The notes beneath the pieces were generated by a model that searched no databases, was not told the origin of the DNA, and worked only from the letters and a program-made list of their open reading frames with translations. From Prevotella sp. UBA1104 (lineage in GTDB: Bacteria; Bacteroidota; Bacteroidia; Bacteroidales; Bacteroidaceae), in the NCBI GenBank assembly GCA_002314055.1, contig DCBP01000096.1:19511-83510 (forward strand): 64,000 nucleotides of DNA. Direction: 5' to 3'. Shown one piece after another: positions 49,975 to 58,726 of the stretch. The translations under genes were made by a program, and so were the position numbers. Position 1 is the first letter of the stretch, and each line of letters opens with the position of its first letter.

Positions 49975-50153
49975 TGCAATTCGGGAGCGCAAGTAGAAGG
50001 CATGTATGCAAGGGATAGACGAAGATTATTTCACCCTTCAGGGCTTGAAAGATTTTGGATTAAGGCAAACCTGCCCCAAAAACTTTTGAAAAAATCTTTG
50101 GATAAGCGCCGTGGCGCGACCCTTTCAGACAAGCCGCTTGCGCTAACTTTGCA
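49975..50153. promoter_or_regulatory. Branched hairpin, putative single-stranded-DNA promoter
   Basis: Imperfect inverted repeat with TAACTTTG in the right arm. Confidence 0.5.
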
Positions 50154-50440
50154 AAGGAAAAATCAGAAAGCACATAGGAGTGGAACGCTCGAACGATAAA
50201 AATTAAAAAATGGAAATACGGAAAAAGGAATATCGTTAAATGAAGAATGAAGAGTGAAGAATGAAGAATCCGGCAATCTCTGTCTACCAATTAAAAAAAT
50301 GGAGAGGATGACCGATAAAAGAAGAATATGAGATTGAAGACACAAAAAGAAAGAGGGAAGTGGAAAGGCGGTAATGCTATAAAAACGGCTACCGATGATA
50401 TAATCAACTATATCGAAGTGTATCTCAAAAAAACGGTGTT

Positions 50441-50692
50441 TCACGAAATATGAACGGTGAATACTCCTGATGTTGTCTTGACTGCTCTACCACTGCCGTA
50501 AATTCTGACAATAGTATCTACCAATTTCATGAAGCAATGACAGGAATGAGAGGTTGCGAAAGAGCAATAAAACAAGGTGTTTACCGCTATACTCCTCAAA
50601 AAGTGTTTCGGGCTGAATATCCAATTGCCGCTCTCGCCCACGAGATTGCTCTTGGCAAAGGACAGCGAAGCGGAGAAGGTGGTGGACGACAT
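50441..50692 (-). CDS. Small hypothetical protein (uncertain)
   Basis: 83-aa ATG ORF in an otherwise empty interval. Confidence 0.3.
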   Translation of the reverse strand: MSSTTFSASLSFAKSNLVGESGNWIFSPKHFLRSIAVNTLFYCSFATSHSCHCFMKLVDTIVRIYGSGRAVKTTSGVFTVHIS

Positions 50693-50789
50693 TGAGAAAA
50701 TGCCGAAGAAACGGGGCGCAGGGCGGAGGGAAGAGGAAAAGAGGGGTTAGGGGGAGAGGTTTACTCTGTTCTATATACTTTTGGGGTAG

Positions 50790-51176
50790 TTATAAATCAA
50801 GGTTGCGCGGATTTTTACCATATTTATTGTCTCCTTCACTACCAAGTAATGTAAAAATAAAAAGAATAAAGGCTCCAGGACCGGATAATAAAAGAAGTAA
50901 AATCCACCAGCCAGATTTCGAAGAGTCATGTAAACGACGTACAAGAATTGTAAAATTCGGTATGATTTGAAATATTCCAAATACACCAACAAGAATAAAA
51001 GAAAGTCCTTCATTATCTTGAAATGCGACAGAGGCTGCTATGCAAGCAGAGGCTATAACTATATATCCCAAACACTGATACAACCAAAACCACCAGTATT
51101 CGGAACGAGTTGCTCTACCATGCAAGGTAAAATAATGAGAGTAAGCACTCTTAATAGCATCGAACATTCCCATAGC
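50790..51176 (-). CDS. DUF805 membrane protein
   Basis: GRATRSEYWWF, VRRLHDS.KSGWW, NKYG motifs; start uncertain. Confidence 0.88.
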   Translation of the reverse strand, partial: AMGMFDAIKSAYSHYFTLHGRATRSEYWWFWLYQCLGYIVIASACIAASVAFQDNEGLSFILVGVFGIFQIIPNFTILVRRLHDSSKSGWWILLLLLSGPGAFILFIFTLLGSEGDNKYGKNPRNLDL

Positions 51177-51217
51177 TATTTTATTTATATTAGTACTAAA
51201 CAAATTCACAAATGGAT

Positions 51218-51745
51218 TTACAACCGATAGGTCGCCTTGATTCCATTAATGAAACTATCAAATCCTTGTGGACAATCTGATTTACAGATTATTATTCCAT
51301 TGTTCCAAGCTGTCATCATATAGTAGTTGGTCTTAGTCTCGATTATTTCAGATAATCTGTTGTATTGAAATTTTGACCTGCTCATATCGCCATTGACTGT
51401 CGAAACAAAGTATGTGTCATAAAAATACAATGAGTAAGGGGAACCTTTGGTCAATGTGTTCTTATTATAAGCCTCCTTTGCCTTTCTGTCAGTTGAAGTG
51501 TGGAGATTCCAGTTCACATAGCCCAAAACAAGAGAGGCAATTATGGAAGCTATTGGATATGTGTGGTGATCAGCATAGGATGCTATGTCCGAAGCTATAA
51601 TTCCGCACAAAATCAAGAAAGAAACAGCATAACATGTATAATGCTGTCTTTTAAGATGATACCTGGTTGTCAAAATAAACTTGTTATACCGCAAAAACTC
51701 ATCCAAAGTGTATTTGCTATTGATTGTATAGATAGGTTGCTCCAT
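51218..51745 (-). CDS. YcxB-like membrane protein
   Basis: Two TM helices followed by FYDTYF and IIETKTNYY..GIIICK pattern. Confidence 0.65.
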   Translation of the reverse strand: MEQPIYTINSKYTLDEFLRYNKFILTTRYHLKRQHYTCYAVSFLILCGIIASDIASYADHHTYPIASIIASLVLGYVNWNLHTSTDRKAKEAYNKNTLTKGSPYSLYFYDTYFVSTVNGDMSRSKFQYNRLSEIIETKTNYYMMTAWNNGIIICKSDCPQGFDSFINGIKATYRL

Positions 51746-51787
51746 AATGATGTTCGTTTGGGATTTACGTTTGCAAAGATATATATA

Positions 51788-53518
51788 TTATCTAACTCCA
51801 CCAATAGCAATCGGGTACAAATCATGCTGTGGGAACTTTTCGCAGCCGATATAGAGGGTGTCGAAGGCATCGGTGCCGTCGGTGCGGTGCTCGAGGAGAT
51901 CTTCTTCAGATTCCGGTTGCTTCTCCATGGATTTGTTTTTGCGGAAGCCGTTGCGTCCTCGCTCCACTCCGGCACTTTGGATTGCTAAGATAAGGTCATC
52001 GTTGTTCTGGCGGTTGAAGTAAGGCATTAGGCGCTGCTTGCCGGCGAAGCCTTGGTTGATTAAGAGATACTTTTCATCGTGTCGCATCGGGTTTCCGAGA
52101 TACACGTCAATGACTTGCCATCCATGCCGCTCAAACTCGTGGACGACAACCCAGTGGAAGTCCTGGTCGTTCACGGCATAGTTGGAGCCAAGGGCGGTGG
52201 CATCGTAATAGTAGATGACTGTCTTGTTAGGATGTGGAGCGTAGTAAGTGCAGAAGTCGGCAACGAGCGCAGGGATTTTACGCTCGAACTTGACATAAAA
52301 AGATTTGAGGATATTCATCCGATTATTGCGCGGCTGACCGCATACAATCCAGTTGATGTTGGCATTGTAGTCCATACCGATACAAAGCGGTTGCATTGGG
52401 TCGATGTCAGAATCCGTGCGACAGTCAAGAGAGCTGTTGAGCGTGGAAAACTGACTGTTGGCATGGATAGAGTAAAGATCCTGCTGCGCCTCGCTGATGA
52501 TTTTTTCATAGCCGAGAGAGTCGAGGTAAGAGAAATCCGAAGCATCATACTTGTGGTATTCCTGCATAGAAGAATAGAATCCGTCATGCGAGATGCCGAT
52601 CTTCTGACAGAGGATAGAAGTCTGGAACGTCTTGGGCGTGAGGTCGCGCTTCATCTGGCGGATGTACTCCTCGCCGAGGAGCTGGAGATTTTCCAAAGTA
52701 GAGTATTCCTTGTAATAGACAGCGACACTTCTCATTTTATTCAGAGATTGGTCGAGCCATTTGAGGTAATTGGGGAGGTATGCCGGAATGGGTTGCTGCT
52801 GCTCTTTGAGCGTGGCGATGCGCTCCTTGGTCTGCCAAATCTTGTATATAGTACCCTTTATTGTGTCAATCAATTCCTTGTCCATCTTATCCTCGTAATG
52901 CAGGAACCACGAGCCTTTTGTGGTCTGCGGCATATCCGAGAGCACCATCATACTATGATTAAAACTATGGTGTCCGAAGTACGAGCGGATGCCGCCGTTG
53001 GCTGGCAGCGTCTCGTCTTTAAGTTTGTTGTAGTCAATAAACTTCGCCTCGTCAATAAGGAGCCAAGACAGCGTGAGGGAGTTGGAAGAGCCGGGGCGGT
53101 CCTGACTGATGATGATGGCGACACTGCCATTATAAAAGGTGATTACATGCTCGTAGTCAGCCGGTTCAGTGATGGGCTTAGCGAAAGACTTGGGAGGTTT
53201 GCGACCGACCACATAGTGAACCCCGTTGATGTATCCCCACCGCTTCCACGCAGCAAGCAAACCGGGGAGCGTGTTTGTAAGACCATGCTTGAAAGTCGGC
53301 ACCACGATGCCGCCCGTCGAACCCGGCATGCGCTGCATGTTGCGGAGCACAAAAGGCGAGGCGATGGAGTCCGTCTTGCCGGTGCGCCGCCCGGCGACAA
53401 TGACGGTAGTCTTGGCGGCGATGTATTGCGTGAGAAGTTGGGGCTTGTTGAAGTAGACACGCTTGGTGTGGAGCTTGGCTTCGGTGTCCCATTGTGTGGT
53501 GTCAACTTTGTTGGTCAT
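51788..53518 (-). CDS. Phage terminase large subunit
   Basis: Walker A AGRRTGKT, Walker B LLIDEAK, nuclease IGMDYN and TDGTDAFD. Confidence 0.88.
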   Translation of the reverse strand: MTNKVDTTQWDTEAKLHTKRVYFNKPQLLTQYIAAKTTVIVAGRRTGKTDSIASPFVLRNMQRMPGSTGGIVVPTFKHGLTNTLPGLLAAWKRWGYINGVHYVVGRKPPKSFAKPITEPADYEHVITFYNGSVAIIISQDRPGSSNSLTLSWLLIDEAKFIDYNKLKDETLPANGGIRSYFGHHSFNHSMMVLSDMPQTTKGSWFLHYEDKMDKELIDTIKGTIYKIWQTKERIATLKEQQQPIPAYLPNYLKWLDQSLNKMRSVAVYYKEYSTLENLQLLGEEYIRQMKRDLTPKTFQTSILCQKIGISHDGFYSSMQEYHKYDASDFSYLDSLGYEKIISEAQQDLYSIHANSQFSTLNSSLDCRTDSDIDPMQPLCIGMDYNANINWIVCGQPRNNRMNILKSFYVKFERKIPALVADFCTYYAPHPNKTVIYYYDATALGSNYAVNDQDFHWVVVHEFERHGWQVIDVYLGNPMRHDEKYLLINQGFAGKQRLMPYFNRQNNDDLILAIQSAGVERGRNGFRKNKSMEKQPESEEDLLEHRTDGTDAFDTLYIGCEKFPQHDLYPIAIGGVR

Positions 53519-54186
53519 TGTTGTTGTTTTTTAGGTGTGGTAGGTGGTGTAGGTGAGGTAGGTGTTGTAGGGGCGGTAGGTGATGTATTATCATTGAAGA
53601 TGTCATCCAAAACCAAATCAGCTTGCTCGTATTCGATGTTTTCCGTATCGGGGTGAGATGCGGTAAGCTCGTGAGTGAGTTTTCGGATACGCTCGTCGAT
53701 GTTGGGGACGGGAGTGATGCCCACGACACGAGGGTCGGTTGTCGGGAAGAACGGTTGCACCACAATCATGTGGTACGGAACGGATTGCTCGTCCTCGATG
53801 TCAATGCGGTTGAACTTCGCGTAAGAGGTAGCAGCTTTCTCCATCGTCTTTGTGTCCTTGCGCTTCTTCGCCATCTGGTACGTCTCCATAATCATCTCGT
53901 TGTACCGCCAGCGGTGGAAATCGCGCGTACACTCGGCAAGATTAGGCAAAATCGCCTTAACGATTTTAAGGTCAGCGTAAGCCGTGACCTGCGAGAGATT
54001 ATAACGGCTGCGCAGTTCATCGACAAACTGGCGATCCTTCATGTCCGGGTTGGCGATTGACCAGGTGACCATGTCGCGGAGACGGAGAAGGTGCTCGATT
54101 TGGGGCAAGGGATACTTTGCTTCCAAATCAGATTTGGCGGTGTATAGATCCTGCTTGGCGATTTCGATGATGGATAATTGGCTCAT
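53515..54186 (-). CDS. Putative terminase small subunit
   Basis: Helical protein overlapping the TerL start. Confidence 0.55.
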   Translation of the reverse strand: MSQLSIIEIAKQDLYTAKSDLEAKYPLPQIEHLLRLRDMVTWSIANPDMKDRQFVDELRSRYNLSQVTAYADLKIVKAILPNLAECTRDFHRWRYNEMIMETYQMAKKRKDTKTMEKAATSYAKFNRIDIEDEQSVPYHMIVVQPFFPTTDPRVVGITPVPNIDERIRKLTHELTASHPDTENIEYEQADLVLDDIFNDNTSPTAPTTPTSPTPPTTPKKQQQ

Positions 54187-54265
54187 AGTGATAACCCACC
54201 CTGACCCTCCCCAAGGGAGGGAAGGCAGCGCGGTGGGGACGCTTTAGGTGTTGTTGAATGATTGA

Positions 54266-54541
54266 TTACTCGTCATCCTCCATGTCGAGGAGATTGTTAC
54301 GGGTGTTTTCGAGAGCGAGAGGAGAACCGACATAAGCGAGTTGCATCTCCTGATGGAGAAGTTTGACACGACTTGATGCTTTGCCACGGTGGTACGCCTT
54401 GGAAACATCAGTAGTCTTGTCGGCAATATCCTGACGCAAGACTTCGGCAGGGATGCCGAGGATAATCGCCATATCGCTGATTTTAACGTAGATAGAGGCA
54501 TATTGCTCGATTTGAGTGAGGATTTGTTCGGAGTATTGCAT
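54266..54541 (-). CDS. Phage hypothetical protein (HTH-like)
   Basis: ISDMAIILGIP pattern; 91 aa. Confidence 0.6.
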   Translation of the reverse strand: MQYSEQILTQIEQYASIYVKISDMAIILGIPAEVLRQDIADKTTDVSKAYHRGKASSRVKLLHQEMQLAYVGSPLALENTRNNLLDMEDDE

Positions 54542-54631
54542 ATATTGAGTTAAGAGTTTAGAGTGTAGAATGTAGAGTTTTCGGCTTTGCCGATAAAGAG
54601 TTATTTAATTAAGAATTTTAGATTATACAGA

Positions 54632-55168
54632 TTAAGAGTTGTTGGCTCCAGCTTCTGTCATGCGCTGTTTGAAGAGGTCGGAGAGAGGGACGGAGTGATT
54701 TCTGATGAGATCAGAGACGGAAGAGTGGAGAGAGGTGAAAATGTCCTTGTCCGTGGAGATGAAAGTAGACTCGTGTCGGTTGCCTCGGGTGAGGTTTTGC
54801 GAGGTGACGACACTGACGACTTCTCCACTTTCCGCTTTTACCAACAAGATTTTGGAGTGATTGTCAGCAAGATAAGTGCGCTTCATCGTTTGAGTGATGA
54901 ACGCCCAAAGTTTGAGAGTCTTGTTCGTCGCCTTATGGTCGAGGACGAGATTGAACTCCTTGATGTTGCCCTCCTTTTCGATGAAGAAGAGACGGCGGAG
55001 AAACTCCTCGGAGATGGAGAACGAAGTCTGCCAAATCTCCGATTTGCCGACCTGTGAGAGAATCCACTCCAGGACGTCCGCCACCTGAAGGGCGTTCGAG
55101 AGATACGCCTGGTGGGGACAGTTGGAGAGAGGCTTCAGGATGGTGGAGATGTCGAGATTGCGCTTCAT
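54632..55168 (-). CDS. Phospholipase D-fold protein (single HxK motif)
   Basis: NHSKILL...VTSQNLT..N..E pattern. Confidence 0.62.
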   Translation of the reverse strand: MKRNLDISTILKPLSNCPHQAYLSNALQVADVLEWILSQVGKSEIWQTSFSISEEFLRRLFFIEKEGNIKEFNLVLDHKATNKTLKLWAFITQTMKRTYLADNHSKILLVKAESGEVVSVVTSQNLTRGNRHESTFISTDKDIFTSLHSSVSDLIRNHSVPLSDLFKQRMTEAGANNS

Positions 55169-55875
55169 TTCTTCTTTTTATTTTTTTTAGGTGTGGTAGG
55201 TGGTGTAGGTGTGGGAGAGCCTTTCTTGGGAGAAATGGGAGTAATGGGAGAACTGGATGATGTGGGAGAGCTGGGAGAGCTGAGAGAACTGACATGTTCG
55301 GTGTTGTCAGACTGATTTTTCTCTGCACTTTCTGCTGTTTCTTCCGAAATTACGAAATGGTCATAAGTGTTCCAGTTGTCGTGCAATTTTTTATCAAGAG
55401 AGATGAACTCGTCGAGGAGAGGTTTGCGCTCGGCATCAGAGTGAAGCTTGGTGTCTTCAGAGAGAAGACGCAAGCGGAGATGCAGTTCACGCATGCGGTG
55501 AGTGATGTCAAGGTTTTCGACATAAAGAGATTGAATATCCTCCGGCAGACGGTCGTGGTCAGCACGCTTGCCGGCTTTAAAATCATCAGCCGGGTTGTTC
55601 TCTTTGAACTCCGTCCGGGCTTCAATGATGGTATTTACTTGCTGCTGCATGACGTTTACCTCCTCATGCTGCTCAATTTCGAGCCTTGCTTTAAGAAACT
55701 GTCGGAGCTTACCTTCGATAAATTCAGCCTTTCCCTTTGGGTTAAGGCTGATGTTGCGGTACATGATAGGGTTGTTGGTGAGTTGGAGGAGAAGGATGGC
55801 GCCTTCATTCCAATCCTTTTCCTCTTTTGGGGTATTGAGGAAATCCTGAAGTTTGAGAGTGAGATTTTTGTCCAT
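55165..55875 (-). CDS. Phage hypothetical protein
   Basis: GKRADHDRLPEDIQ and NWNTYDHF; repeat-derived Ser/Pro tail. Confidence 0.65.
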   Translation of the reverse strand: MDKNLTLKLQDFLNTPKEEKDWNEGAILLLQLTNNPIMYRNISLNPKGKAEFIEGKLRQFLKARLEIEQHEEVNVMQQQVNTIIEARTEFKENNPADDFKAGKRADHDRLPEDIQSLYVENLDITHRMRELHLRLRLLSEDTKLHSDAERKPLLDEFISLDKKLHDNWNTYDHFVISEETAESAEKNQSDNTEHVSSLSSPSSPTSSSSPITPISPKKGSPTPTPPTTPKKNKKKK

Positions 55876-56008
55876 TGTTTTGAAAATAAAATTTTGGATT
55901 TTGATTTGATTTTGGGAGAACTGGGAGAGCTGGGAGAACTGGGGCGATGACAATTATTTTAGGATTGATGGGACTAATAAGACCAATAGAACATGGACTT
56001 GCGACAAA

Positions 56009-56662
56009 CTAAAGCTTGTTGTTGATGCCGGTGAAGAAGATGCAGTTCTTGTGGTGCTCGACAAGGAGGTTGCGCATGGCTTTGAGGGTGGAGCCAGTTG
56101 TTACAAAGTCGTCGAAGACAATGCAGTTCGGTTCTTTGGGGAGAATGTTCAAGGAGAACACCGCCCCGATGCGCTGCTTGGAATGACAGAAAGCAACATC
56201 CTCGTAAAACGGGATGTGCAACTGCCTGGCAATATCCTCACTGATACGAGTGGCAAAGTTCTTGACAAGATGGCGGCGCTTGGGAGTAGTGACGATACAC
56301 CACGAACCACTTTGTAAATCACCGCCGAGAATCTCCGCAATGAGCGGAGAAATATTGTCGGCAAAGAAGTTCACCATACTGTCATCAGCCTTGATGTCAG
56401 TCAGCGTCCTACCATAAAGCGTTTTCTGCCATATCGAAATGAAGAACACGTCGCCACGCTTGGTAAGACGGACCCGCCGGGAGAAGTCGCAGCGCGCTTC
56501 GACCGACTTATCCCACGCCTTGCGTTTCTCGACAGCAAAGATATCCTTGTTTTCGATAGTTTTGCCCATATCGACCACAGGCAAATCGAGCGAACCCGAC
56601 AAGTCAGGGACGACGATGTCATTCAAGAACTCGCCCATGTCAAGTAAAGTCCGCTCGATCAT
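56009..56662 (-). CDS. Phosphoribosyltransferase-fold protein (ComF-like)
   Basis: CIVFDDFVTTGSTL PRPP-binding motif. Confidence 0.8.
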   Translation of the reverse strand: MIERTLLDMGEFLNDIVVPDLSGSLDLPVVDMGKTIENKDIFAVEKRKAWDKSVEARCDFSRRVRLTKRGDVFFISIWQKTLYGRTLTDIKADDSMVNFFADNISPLIAEILGGDLQSGSWCIVTTPKRRHLVKNFATRISEDIARQLHIPFYEDVAFCHSKQRIGAVFSLNILPKEPNCIVFDDFVTTGSTLKAMRNLLVEHHKNCIFFTGINNKL

Positions 56663-56817
56663 AGTTTAAATGAAGAATGAAGAGTGAAGAATGAAGAATT
56701 GGTCGCCTTGCGGCGATTAAGAATTATGCAGTTAAGAGTTATACTCATACGGCATTTCTTACTCATATTGAGAACCCAAACTTCATTCTCACAATTATAC
56801 ATTTATACAATTATACA

Positions 56818-57375
56818 CTAAGCCGAACAGTCGATTTCACCGTCATCAGTGGCGAGAGTACCCGTATAGAACGGAGCCGGACACTCGTCCGCCGCCTCCG
56901 CATTGATAGTGGTGCCGCACGTGCCCGTGGCACCCTGTCCGAGATCCTGCGAAACAGTAGTTTTTGTCGTCCACTTGTCGCTTCCCACGACACGGTATTT
57001 CCCCTTCATGTCCTCCACGACAAACACGTTGTCATTGTTGTTGAGATACGCCGCAGCCGCCGTTGCCTCCTCCCCGACAGAAGGGTGGAGCGCCACCAAT
57101 TTGTTGAGTTGCGTCTGGGAAGGGAGTTCCCCCTGCGCTTCAGAAGTAAGTTGGGATTTGTCAGGAAGAATGTCGATAAACTTCCATTTCGCTTCCTCAC
57201 GCATGGTAAACGACCCTGCATAAGTAGAACCCGTGCAGCGTCCTATGTCGTCATGAGGTAGTTTAGGCCAAGCCAGGATATTGTTCTTGGAAGTGAAATA
57301 TATACGCCTACGCACACCCGGAAGTTCCGGAGTGCCCATTGCCCAGGCGAGAGATTTTTGAATGTCAGTTGCCAT
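56818..57375 (-). CDS. Phage structural protein (possible tail tube)
   Basis: Follows the capsid gene; beta-rich; ELPGVRRRIY and CPAPFYTG. Confidence 0.55.
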   Translation of the reverse strand: MATDIQKSLAWAMGTPELPGVRRRIYFTSKNNILAWPKLPHDDIGRCTGSTYAGSFTMREEAKWKFIDILPDKSQLTSEAQGELPSQTQLNKLVALHPSVGEEATAAAAYLNNNDNVFVVEDMKGKYRVVGSDKWTTKTTVSQDLGQGATGTCGTTINAEAADECPAPFYTGTLATDDGEIDCSA

Positions 57376-57551
57376 AAAAATGAAGAATTAAGAATGAAGA
57401 ATGAAGAATTGGTTGGTCTGCGACCAATTGGAAATTAAGAGTTGGTAAAACCTGCCGGCGATCCACGCCGCTTTCGCGAAATGCAGAGTACTGGGCGTTT
57501 TTCCTTTCCTTCAGAATCCGCTCATCCAGCGAAGAGTCCGACAGGTGTTTA

Positions 57552-58511
57552 TCAGTCAGAGAGTTCCACGACCTTCAGTCGTCGCTTGTCGATAGACTCG
57601 AACTGCACGCCGAAGAACATGGTAGCGATGTAAGAGAGGACAAACGGTTCAAAACGCTCCACATCCACCGATTCCACATCCCCCATCTGGTCATAGCCAT
57701 AGAGCATGTTGATTTTCGGGGAGATATGGATGTACTTGGAGTCCGTCTTGTTGGAAAGCGGACAAAGCGTGAGTTTGCCGTTAGAGCCCTCCACCGTCGG
57801 CTGGTTGTATTTCGTGTTGTACGGAATACCGCTGTGAGTAAGGAGATACCCCTCGTTGTACTTGTCAGCGAAGTCCTGCGAGCAGTACATCAGCAAATCC
57901 TGCGAACGTAGGCGCGGATCCAGCGAGAAGAGAATCTTCTTGGCGATGTCCACCGCATTAGCCGAAGTGATAGCCTCCGTGAGCTTCATGTAATTGCCGT
58001 TGGCGACAGCCAGATTGCCGTCCGTCACCTCCTTCTTGGTGATAGTGTCAAAACCGTCAAAAAGATCATGCGTAGTCTTTCCGCTACTGTTGCGCACACC
58101 GTTCCAGATAGCATCATTAAGATGCTCCGAGAGAGATTTCGCAATAAGACCAAGTACCTCGCGAGCCGTAGGCGCCGACTTCTGCCCGTCGCCCTTAGTA
58201 GCCCCGGTGCCGAGAAGCGTGGAAATCGCCGAGTTCGGTTCAAACTTGGCAACCACCGAGCCGAAGAACGTCTCCAGCGTGCGGAAGTCGAGTTGAAGAT
58301 TAAAGTCCTCGCTACGCGTCGGCGAGTACGGAGCGAACTGCGCCGATCCGTTAAGCGAGCCGACCGACTCCTTGTAACGGATTCCCGGTCGCCCGGTCAT
58401 AAACTTGAGAGTCTCCTCGCAACCGATAAGCGGAAGACGGAGGAAGTCAGAGCGGTACTTGCGAGCCGCGTCCTTGTATTCGTCAAGAGAAAAAGAAAGT
58501 TTACCTGCCAT
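57552..58511 (-). CDS. Putative major capsid protein
   Basis: 319 aa directly after the Clp protease; IWNG...LFDGF pattern of HK97-fold capsids. Confidence 0.7.
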   Translation of the reverse strand: MAGKLSFSLDEYKDAARKYRSDFLRLPLIGCEETLKFMTGRPGIRYKESVGSLNGSAQFAPYSPTRSEDFNLQLDFRTLETFFGSVVAKFEPNSAISTLLGTGATKGDGQKSAPTAREVLGLIAKSLSEHLNDAIWNGVRNSSGKTTHDLFDGFDTITKKEVTDGNLAVANGNYMKLTEAITSANAVDIAKKILFSLDPRLRSQDLLMYCSQDFADKYNEGYLLTHSGIPYNTKYNQPTVEGSNGKLTLCPLSNKTDSKYIHISPKINMLYGYDQMGDVESVDVERFEPFVLSYIATMFFGVQFESIDKRRLKVVELSD

Positions 58512-58726
58512 ATATAAATGAAGAATTAAGAATTAAGAATGAAGAATTGGTCGCCTTTGGCGATTGAGAGTTAAAGAGTTTAGAGTTAAGCATAAAGGAA
58601 CTTTAAATAAAGACCCACCCTGACCCTCCCGAAGGGAGGGAAGGGCTGCGCACTACGATTGTTGCGCAAGAGGGAAAGTTAAACTTAAAATCAAAAAAAT
58701 ATGAAAAAGATATAGCTAAAGTATTG

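Noticed and set aside
52079..53656. 525-aa + strand ORF
   Set aside because: Antisense shadow of the terminase gene
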